Below are positions 6,308 through 13,354 of a stretch of DNA of 16,924 nt, in pieces. Numbering within the stretch: position 1 is the stretch's first letter; each line of letters opens with the position of its first letter. Under the pieces are notes generated by a model. It saw nothing but the letters and a program-made list of their open reading frames with translations. It searched no databases and was not told the origin of the DNA. Source of the DNA: Candidatus Acetothermia bacterium (GTDB lineage Bacteria > Bipolaricaulota > Bipolaricaulia > M55B111); NCBI GenBank assembly GCA_046543235.1, contig JBKGZT010000028.1:1-16924 (forward strand). Reading direction: 5' to 3'. The translations under genes were made by a program, and so were the position numbers.

Positions 6308-8917
6308 ATGGAGTGGACAACGGACGAACTTAGAGAAGCCTATCTCGACTACTTCGAAGAGAAAGGGCACGAGAGAATGGAGGGGTCGGGGCTCGTTCCC
6401 GACGACCCCTCCATGCTTTTTACCTCAGCGGGAATGGTCCAGTTCAAGGACGTCTTCTGGGGGAAGAGGGAGCCCGATTACGAAAAGGTAACTACCTGTC
6501 AAAGGTGTTTTCGGGCCAACGACATAGAGCGGGTCGGCGAGACCTGGTATCACCACACCTTCTTCGAGATGCTCGGTAACTTCTCCTTTGGTGCCTACTT
6601 CAAGGAAGGTGCGATAAAGCTGGCCTGGGAGTTCGTCACGGATGTTCTCGGTTTCGATGAGGAGGACCTCTGGATCTCAGTCTACGAGACGGACGAAGAA
6701 GCCTACGGGATATGGGAGGAGGAGATCGGTGTTCCGGGCCGGAAGATAGTTAAGTTAGGTAAGGACGAAAACTGGTGGGGGCCGGTGGGTGATTCCGGGC
6801 CCTGTGGTCCCGACTCGGAGATTTTCTACGACGCCGGCGAGGAATACAGCTGTGGTCCCGACTGCGAAGGGGTAGCCTGTGACTGTAACAGGTTTAACGA
6901 ACTCTGGAACCTTGTTTTTACCGGCTACCAGATGGACGAGAGCGGCCAGGTTCGGGAACTGGAGCGCCAGAACATAGATACAGGAATGGGTCTGGAGCGG
7001 GTCGCCTCGGTTCTGCAGGGTGTCGATTCCGATTTCGAAATAGATATCTTTCGCCCCCTGATAGAGAAGTTAAAAAACGTCATTGGACTGAATTCCTACA
7101 CGGAATCGCAAGAAAGCAACGTGAACAGAATCGCCGATCACGTAAGAGGCGCCGCCTTCCTGATCGCCGAGGGCGTCATTCCGGCGAACGAAGGACGGGG
7201 CTATGTCCTTCGCCGGATAATCAGGCGAGCGGTTCAGGCTGGAGATAGGCTGGGAATGAAGGAGACCTTCCTCACCTCGGGGCTGCCCCCGATTCTGGAC
7301 ACGATGGGGGATACCTACCCGGATCTGGTCGAGCGGCGGGACCTGGTGGAGAACGTCATAGAGAACGAGGAGTCTACCTACAGGAATACCCTGGACGAAG
7401 GAGAACAGCTTTTTTACCGTCTGGCCTCCGACCTCAAGGAGGAAGACGAATCGGAGATCCCGGGTGAGGATGCATTTAGGCTCTACGATACACATGGTTT
7501 GCCGTATTCCTTCTTAGAGGAGCTCGCCGAGGAGGAAGGTCTGGAAGTGGATAAGGACGGCTTCGAACGGGAGCTGGAAAAACAACGCAGTCGGTCGCGG
7601 TCCGAACAGGCAGAAGGCGAGGAAATAGAGTTGCTCGACGTGCCCGAAACCGAGTTCGTCGGTTACGAACGGGACCAGTGCATTGCGGAGGTGCTCGGAC
7701 TACTCAAGGACGGCGAGGAAGTACGGAGCCTGGAAGAGGGCGAAGAAGGATTCGTCGTTCTGGACAGGACCCCGTTCTACGCCGAAGCCGGTGGCCAGGT
7801 AAGCGACGTGGGAACCCTGGAAAACGAACAGGCCGAGGCCCGGGTGATCGAAGTCAAGGAGAGGAAAGGTGCTTACTACCACCAAATTGAGGTTAAATCG
7901 GGAGCCCTCGAGCCCGGAGAGGAAGTTACCTCCAGGATCGATGAGGGGAGGAGGCGGAGTACGGAAAGGAACCACACGGCGACCCATCTTCTCCACCAGG
8001 CCCTTCAACGGGTTCTGGGTCCTCACGTGGTCCAGTCCGGTTCCAAGGTTTCTCCGGAGGAACTCAGGTTCGACTTCAATCATTTCGAGATTCCCGCCGA
8101 GGAGGAGCGCCAGGAGGTAGAGGATCTCGTGAACCGGGTTATCCTGGATGATAGGAGGGTTTCCGTCAACTGGGTCGAAAGCGTCAGGGAAGCCAGGGAG
8201 ATAGGTGCCTCTGCCCACTTCGAGGAGGAGTACCGGGGTAAGGAAAAGCTGCGTACGATAACCGTGGAGAACTACAGCAAGGAGTTGTGTGGAGGAACCC
8301 ACGTGAACAGGACCGGAGAGATCGGCGGCTTTGCCATCAAATCGATAGAAACAATAGCGTCCGGGATAAGAAGGGTTCGAGCTCTCACCGGGGAGAACTT
8401 CCTCGAGGATTACCGTGAGCGCAGAAACAGGCTTTCCAGGCTGGCTGATCTCGCCGGATCCGGTGAATCCGACCTGATAGAACGGTTCCGGTCGATTCTG
8501 GATCAGCAGGAAGAGATGAGGGAAGAGCTGGAGAGGAAATCGGAGCGCCTGCTGGATATCGTGAAGGAAAAGCTCGTTCAGGATGCCACGACTTACGGAG
8601 AGGTTTCGGTCGTCGCAGCCCATGTTGACGTGGATAGCTCCGACCTGCAAAAACTCGCCGACAAAGTAGAAAACGAGATGAAGGGTGTGGTTATCCTGGG
8701 AACCGTTGGAGACGACGGAGGCTCCCTGGTCTCTAAGGTCTCGGAGTCGTTGACCGATGGCCTGAATGCCGGGGAGATAATTGGCGAAGCCTCGGAGGTC
8801 CTCGGCGGCGGGGGCGGTGGATCCGCCGGTTTCGCTCAGGGCGGTGGACCGAATGCAGCTTCCATGGAGGAGGCTCTGCAGACCGGGGTAAATATGGTCG
8901 AATCGGAGTTATCTTAG
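6308..8917 (+). CDS. alaS: Alanine--tRNA ligase
   Basis: Motifs FTSAGMVQFK, HHTFFEMLGNFSFG, GPCGPDSEI, ELWNLVF, IDTGMGLER, GRGYVLRRIIRRA and TPFYAEAGGQ. Editing motifs NHTATH and ELCGGTH are present, as is the C-terminal GGGGG...AQGGG. Confidence 0.99.
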   Translation: MEWTTDELREAYLDYFEEKGHERMEGSGLVPDDPSMLFTSAGMVQFKDVFWGKREPDYEKVTTCQRCFRANDIERVGETWYHHTFFEMLGNFSFGAYFKEGAIKLAWEFVTDVLGFDEEDLWISVYETDEEAYGIWEEEIGVPGRKIVKLGKDENWWGPVGDSGPCGPDSEIFYDAGEEYSCGPDCEGVACDCNRFNELWNLVFTGYQMDESGQVRELERQNIDTGMGLERVASVLQGVDSDFEIDIFRPLIEKLKNVIGLNSYTESQESNVNRIADHVRGAAFLIAEGVIPANEGRGYVLRRIIRRAVQAGDRLGMKETFLTSGLPPILDTMGDTYPDLVERRDLVENVIENEESTYRNTLDEGEQLFYRLASDLKEEDESEIPGEDAFRLYDTHGLPYSFLEELAEEEGLEVDKDGFERELEKQRSRSRSEQAEGEEIELLDVPETEFVGYERDQCIAEVLGLLKDGEEVRSLEEGEEGFVVLDRTPFYAEAGGQVSDVGTLENEQAEARVIEVKERKGAYYHQIEVKSGALEPGEEVTSRIDEGRRRSTERNHTATHLLHQALQRVLGPHVVQSGSKVSPEELRFDFNHFEIPAEEERQEVEDLVNRVILDDRRVSVNWVESVREAREIGASAHFEEEYRGKEKLRTITVENYSKELCGGTHVNRTGEIGGFAIKSIETIASGIRRVRALTGENFLEDYRERRNRLSRLADLAGSGESDLIERFRSILDQQEEMREELERKSERLLDIVKEKLVQDATTYGEVSVVAAHVDVDSSDLQKLADKVENEMKGVVILGTVGDDGGSLVSKVSESLTDGLNAGEIIGEASEVLGGGGGGSAGFAQGGGPNAASMEEALQTGVNMVESELS

Positions 8918-9110
8918 GTTTTATCCGGTTTTTAGTATATTACCATCCAGAACGCAATTAGTTACAAGCTCCGATTCGGGAAAATTCCGGCCTTTTCTAG
9001 CTATAGGGCTTGATTCCTGAATCTTGTTCTTTAGCTCCAACCCTGGCTACCATTTTTTGATCTTTGCTGAATTAGGCCGGAAGCGAAAGGAGGTTTATGA
9101 CCTTTCTTTC

Positions 9111-9145
9111 TCCCACCTTCATCCTCCCCCGTTGCGGGGGAGGAT
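9111..9145. repeat. GC-rich hairpin between convergent genes; REP-like element and/or terminator
   Basis: Perfect 11-bp stem ATCCTCCCCCG (9121-9131), TTG loop, CGGGGGAGGAT (9135-9145), preceded by pyrimidine-rich TCCCACCTTC. It lies 4 nt past the dnaN stop. A short T-rich tail exists on the + strand only. Single copy in this window. Confidence 0.5.
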
Positions 9146-9149
9146 TTAG

Positions 9150-10331
9150 TTATTGTTCCGCCGATATCGGCATGCAGACGTAGATGAAGTCCCCCTCTCC
9201 TTCGGCCGGTTCCAGCAGTCCGGCGGTGTCGGAGTCCTTCAGCCAGAGAACTACTTTCTCGTTGCTCATCCGGCGCAGTGCGTCGATCAAGAACTCCGCC
9301 TTAAAGGATATCTCCACGTCGCCCTTGCTGGGTTCCAGCAGGTCGATGACCTCCTCGAGTTCGCCCTTTTCGGGTGAAGAGGAGTAGAACGTCAGCCCGT
9401 CCGAGCCTTCCTCCGCGGTGAGCTGGACGGCTCCCGATTCTTCCGAGGCGGTAATTTCCGCGCGGGCGAGAGTGTCCAGGGCCTTTCCGCGGTCGAGCTT
9501 AAGGGGGAGCTCGTTTTCTTCAGGTATGACGGCCTCGTATTCCGGGAAGTCCTCCATTATCAGCTTGTCGGAAAACACGACGTCGTCGGCGACGAAAAAT
9601 ACCTCGGAGTTTGAGGCGTATATCGTGACCTCGTCCGATTCCGTCCCCGAAAGTATCCGGTCGAGCTCCGAGAAGGCGCTGGACTCGATCAGCAGAGTCG
9701 TCCTCTCCTCGACATCGGAGAAAGGGACCGTCTTGATCGACATCCTGTACCCGTTGGTTGCCACCATCTTGAGCTGGTTCTCGCCGAAGATGGTGTTCAC
9801 GCCTGTGAGTGAAAGCCTCGTGGTTTCCTTCGCCTTGAGGGCGGCAAAGGTGGTCTGTTTGATCGCGTCGGAGAGTTCGACCGAGTTCATGGTGGCTATC
9901 GATTCTTCCGGTAGCTCGTCTATCTCCGGATAGTCCTCGGTCGAGAGCTGAAAGAGGTCGAAATTGATCTGCCCCGAGGAAAGCTCGATTTTCTGGTTTT
10001 CCTCGGGGTCGGACGTCAGGCGGACTTCGCCACTTTCGGGAATTCTCTGCATGATCTTTGCAAGCACGTCACCTTTTAGCACGATCGTGGCGGAGTCCTT
10101 CAGGTTTGTAATCGGGATCGTGCATCTGGTGGTCATCTCCAGGTCGGTTGACGTCAGTTTGAGCTGTTCGTCTCTTATTTCCAGCTTGACGCCGGATAGT
10201 ATTGGCATGTCCCGGCCGGAGCCAATGCTCCTTTTAACGACGTCCATCCCGTAGACGAGATCCTCGGTATCGCACTTGAAGTCTATTTCAGCAGGGCTAT
10301 TCGTTCCCCCGTCTGTCTCCTGATCTGTCAC
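9150..10331 (-). CDS. dnaN: DNA polymerase III beta sliding clamp
   Basis: Motifs MPILSGV, LTSTDLE, DYPEI, LTGV, MVATNGYRMS, DFPEYEAVIP, ISFKAEFLIDAL and C-terminal YVCMPI. GTG start follows AAGGAGGT. Confidence 0.95.
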   Translation of the reverse strand: MTDQETDGGTNSPAEIDFKCDTEDLVYGMDVVKRSIGSGRDMPILSGVKLEIRDEQLKLTSTDLEMTTRCTIPITNLKDSATIVLKGDVLAKIMQRIPESGEVRLTSDPEENQKIELSSGQINFDLFQLSTEDYPEIDELPEESIATMNSVELSDAIKQTTFAALKAKETTRLSLTGVNTIFGENQLKMVATNGYRMSIKTVPFSDVEERTTLLIESSAFSELDRILSGTESDEVTIYASNSEVFFVADDVVFSDKLIMEDFPEYEAVIPEENELPLKLDRGKALDTLARAEITASEESGAVQLTAEEGSDGLTFYSSSPEKGELEEVIDLLEPSKGDVEISFKAEFLIDALRRMSNEKVVLWLKDSDTAGLLEPAEGEGDFIYVCMPISAEQ

Positions 10332-10401
10332 TATTTTTACCTCCTTGTTTTATAAACATGATCGGATCTATCTCATTAGCGCGGCGGTAGTTTGCTCTGA
10401 C

Positions 10402-11025
10402 TCAGATTATCTTATCAACCATGGAATTTACTTTACTCGAAATCTCCTCTTTTGACAAGGAACCGTCGATAACCACGGCGTCGGAAGTGTTTTTTATCTC
10501 CGTGAGATAGCCCCGTCTGACGCGATTATAGAACTCGAGCTCCTCCTTTTCTATCCTGTCCGGCTCCTGGTCGAGAGTCCTCTTCTCCCTTTCTTCAAGG
10601 TCTATGTCGAGGAAGAAGGTCAGATCCGGAACCACTCCGTCGAGGGCGACTTCGTTGAGGGACTTCACCCTGTCGATCGGGATCCCTCTTCCGTATCCCT
10701 GGTAGGCGACCGAGGAGATCGCGAAGCGGTCGGAGATTATGACCTTTCCTTCCTCCAATCCCGGAATTATCTTCTCCCTTACGAGCTGTGACCTGGAGAC
10801 CTCGTAAAGGAGCAGTTCGCTCAGCGGCTCTATTTTGATACCCCTGTCCTCCAGGAGAAGATTTCTTACTTCTCTTCCCAGACCCGTCCCGCCGGGCTCT
10901 TCGACTTCCGTTACCGAAAAACCCTTCCCTTCGAGGTAGTCCGCGAGTAAACCGGACTGGGTGGTCGTGCCGGATCCGTCCAGCCCCTCGAAGACTATTA
11001 GCTTACCGGGATCGTCAGCTTCCAA
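10402..11025 (-). CDS. tmk: Thymidylate (dTMP) kinase
   Basis: Motifs IVFEGLDGSGTTTQ, EPGGT, ELLLY, ISDRF..SSVAYQGYGRG, PDLTFFLDI, DRIE and VRRGY. The TTG start is less certain. Confidence 0.95.
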   Translation of the reverse strand: MEADDPGKLIVFEGLDGSGTTTQSGLLADYLEGKGFSVTEVEEPGGTGLGREVRNLLLEDRGIKIEPLSELLLYEVSRSQLVREKIIPGLEEGKVIISDRFAISSVAYQGYGRGIPIDRVKSLNEVALDGVVPDLTFFLDIDLEEREKRTLDQEPDRIEKEELEFYNRVRRGYLTEIKNTSDAVVIDGSLSKEEISSKVNSMVDKII

Positions 11026-11470
11026 CTAACTTCGGACCTCCCGCAAGTACGAATACGATCAGGCCGGAACCGCAGACGATTGCCACGTCGGCAAGGTTAA
11101 ATACGGGTGCCCTGCCGAACTGGATAAAATCTACCACTCCTCCGGAGATCAGCCGGTCCACGAGGTTACCTAACGACCCGCCGAGCAGAAGCGCCAGCCC
11201 GATCTTTGCCAGGTCATGCCGGACGTCTGAAAAGAACAGCAAGTAGACCAGCAGGGCAACTGCCACCAGGGTAACTATCAGGAATACGTGGCTTTTTCTC
11301 GGGAACAATCCGAAAGCCCCCCCTGTGTTTTTGACGTACCGGAGGGAGAAGAAACCCTTCCGGAAGAAAAATCGGGCCCCGGTTCTGTGCACGCTACTGA
11401 TCAGAAACTTGCTTCCTCTATCCAGAACGAATATTCCAGCTACGATACAGAAGTAAATCAGGTTGCTCAC
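11015..11470 (-). CDS. lspA: Lipoprotein signal peptidase (signal peptidase II)
   Basis: Motifs NTGGAFG, GNLVDRL, GVVDFI and VFNLAD with hydrophobic segments between. Start moved to the GTG at 11470 (GGAGGTAAAGTG), 1 nt after the upstream stop. Confidence 0.95.
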   Translation of the reverse strand: MSNLIYFCIVAGIFVLDRGSKFLISSVHRTGARFFFRKGFFSLRYVKNTGGAFGLFPRKSHVFLIVTLVAVALLVYLLFFSDVRHDLAKIGLALLLGGSLGNLVDRLISGGVVDFIQFGRAPVFNLADVAIVCGSGLIVFVLAGGPKLVGS

Positions 11471-11471
11471 T

Positions 11472-11912
11472 TTACCTCCGGACGAGCAGACGACTGATTC
11501 GGGCATTTTCCTTCAGGTTTAGTCCGGCGGGGTTCGCCTGGAGTACTATCCCGTTTTCAAGTTTCCCGGTAAATACCACCGGGGCGTGAAAGGATCCACC
11601 GCCGGTAAGCCTTGGCAGGGGAACTATTATACCCGTACCGTCGGACACCTCGATTTCTTCGTTGAAACCAATTATATATAGTCCTCCCTCGAGGTTCCAC
11701 CAACCGTAATCGTCTCCTTCGTTTCGTTTTACCGGAGAAAGTTCCTTCGTTTTTCCGATTTTCTCTTCCCCACCGCCGAAGTCGAGGTCTGTCGGGGATT
11801 CGGCTGTAACCACTTCGTCGACAGTAAGGTCCACCCCTCTATCGGAGACCTGAGTCTCCTCGTGGATGATTCCATCGACGTATTCCTTTGCTTTTTCTCC
11901 TTCCAGAAGCAC
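11472..11912 (-). CDS. Trimeric dUTPase/dCTP deaminase superfamily protein, haloarchaeal-like short type
   Basis: Motifs VDGIIHEETQ, GVDLTV, LDFGGGE, DDYGWWNL..G.Y...FNE and NARISRL. The likely start is the GTG at 11912 after GAGGTG; the track uses 11921. The specific activity cannot be assigned. Confidence 0.75.
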   Translation of the reverse strand: MLLEGEKAKEYVDGIIHEETQVSDRGVDLTVDEVVTAESPTDLDFGGGEEKIGKTKELSPVKRNEGDDYGWWNLEGGLYIIGFNEEIEVSDGTGIIVPLPRLTGGGSFHAPVVFTGKLENGIVLQANPAGLNLKENARISRLLVRR

Positions 11913-12002
11913 GGTAACCACCTCGAAAAAGTATGAGGAAAGCGGTCTCGACCTTCAATCAAGGGGACTCCGTTTCCTCAGTTCGACTGGAATACATCCC
12001 AT

Positions 12003-12015
12003 TGATAATTTATCA
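12003..12015. promoter_or_regulatory. Perfect 6-1-6 palindrome upstream of hypC, putative operator
   Basis: TGATAA-T-TTATCA ends 21 bp before the hypC ATG, within the divergent intergenic region. Confidence 0.4.
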
Positions 12016-12036
12016 TCTACTTAACGGAGGAAAAAG

Positions 12037-12285
12037 ATGTGTCTTGCAATTCCAGGCGAAGTCCTCTCATCTGAAGAGAACCTTGCCACGGTCGACGTAG
12101 GTGGAGTGGAACAGGAAGTAAGGCTCGATACCCTCACCGAAGAAGTCGAACAGGGGGATTACCTTCTCGTCCACACCGGTTTCGCGATCCAGAAGCTCTC
12201 GCCGGAAGAGGCAAACGAGACCCTCGAGATATTTGATGAACTGATAGAGACCAACAAGAGACTGGAGGAAGAGGGTGAAGTTTGA
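12037..12285 (+). CDS. hypC: [NiFe]-hydrogenase maturation chaperone HypC/HupF
   Basis: N-terminal MCLAIPG, then GDYLLVHTGFAI and EEANETL. SD GGAGG. Confidence 0.98.
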   Translation: MCLAIPGEVLSSEENLATVDVGGVEQEVRLDTLTEEVEQGDYLLVHTGFAIQKLSPEEANETLEIFDELIETNKRLEEEGEV

Positions 12286-13354
12286 GTTCAGGGACGAGGA
12301 GCGTGCCCGAGAACTCGTCCGACTAATCGAGGACGAGGCTCCGGACGAGCGGTTGAAGATTGTTCACGTCTGTGGCACCCACGAGGTCGCAATCACGGAG
12401 AACGGGATCAGAAGTCTGCTCCCCGACCGAATCGATATCCGGGAAGGACCGGGATGTCCTGTCTGTGTCACCCCGACCAGGGACCTTGACGCCGCCGTCA
12501 GGCTGGCGGAAAGGGGAGCCGTGATAACGGCATTTGGGGACATGCTCAACGTCCCCGGCACGGACAGATCCCTGAAGGAGGTTAAATCCGAAGGGGCCGA
12601 CGTCAGGCTGGTCTACAGCGTCAGCCAGGCGATAGAGATCGCCGAGAATACGGAAAGAGAGGTAGTGTTTTTGAGCATCGGGTTCGAGACGACCACCCCG
12701 ATGACGGCGGCCGTTCTTGACGACGGTGCTCCGGAGAACTTCAGCATATTACCGAGCAACAAGTTGATTCCCCCGGCGATGGAAAGCCTGCTGGAGCTGC
12801 CGGAAAACGAGATAGATGGTTTTATAGCTCCGGGTCACGTCTCAACGGTAATCGGCGTCGAGCCCTACGAATACCTCGCGGAGACTTACGAGGTTCCGGT
12901 AGTCGTTGGCGGTTTTGAACCGCTTGACGTGCTGTACGCGCTGGCCCTGATAACAAAGCAGGTGGCCAGGGGGGAAGGCAAAGTAGAAAACGGTTACGAG
13001 AGAGCGGTGGATTACTATGGTAACGAGAAGTCCAAAGAGCTTATCGATAAAGTTTTCCGAAAGATAGATACGGTTTGGCGGGGGATAGGGGAGCTTCCGG
13101 ATTCGGGCCTTGGACTGAGAGGGGAATACGAGGAGTGGGACGCCCTGAAGAAGTTCGAACTGGATCCCAAGTCTGGGGATGAAGTCCTTCCAAACTGTCG
13201 TTGTCCCGAGGTAATTACCGCCAGGGCGACTCCAGATCAGTGCGATCTGTTCCGGGAAGAGTGCACTCCGGAGAATCCGCACGGTCCCTGTATGGTGGGG
13301 GAAGAAGCAATGTGTAATATCTGGTATCGATACGGGGGGAGGCCGAAGCTGTGA
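12275..13354 (+). CDS. hypD: [NiFe]-hydrogenase maturation protein HypD
   Basis: Motifs HVCGTHE, GPGCPVC, GFETT, PGHVS, GFEPLD and the C-terminal Fe-S cysteine region CRC...C.LF...CTP..P.GPCMV....C. GTG start overlaps hypC. Confidence 0.98.
   Translation: MKFEFRDEERARELVRLIEDEAPDERLKIVHVCGTHEVAITENGIRSLLPDRIDIREGPGCPVCVTPTRDLDAAVRLAERGAVITAFGDMLNVPGTDRSLKEVKSEGADVRLVYSVSQAIEIAENTEREVVFLSIGFETTTPMTAAVLDDGAPENFSILPSNKLIPPAMESLLELPENEIDGFIAPGHVSTVIGVEPYEYLAETYEVPVVVGGFEPLDVLYALALITKQVARGEGKVENGYERAVDYYGNEKSKELIDKVFRKIDTVWRGIGELPDSGLGLRGEYEEWDALKKFELDPKSGDEVLPNCRCPEVITARATPDQCDLFREECTPENPHGPCMVGEEAMCNIWYRYGGRPKL

Noticed and set aside
3043-8650. Long antisense ORFs 3043-3942 (299 aa), 4997-5635 (212 aa) and 7700-8650 (316 aa)
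   Set aside because: Each lies opposite a well-supported gene, has no recognisable motifs, and is expected from codon bias in GC-rich coding DNA.
8918-9149. Replication origin next to dnaN
   Set aside because: The gap is AT-rich but has no TTATCCACA-type DnaA boxes, and dnaA is not adjacent.
10346-10358. TGTTT-TAT-AAACA palindrome before the dnaN SD
   Set aside because: Only 5-bp arms in an AT-rich leader, and the geometry does not fit Rex; likely chance.
11931-11958. NikR operator upstream of hypC (GTATGA half-site)
   Set aside because: The matching TCATAC is absent 16 bp downstream, where the sequence is CTTCAA.
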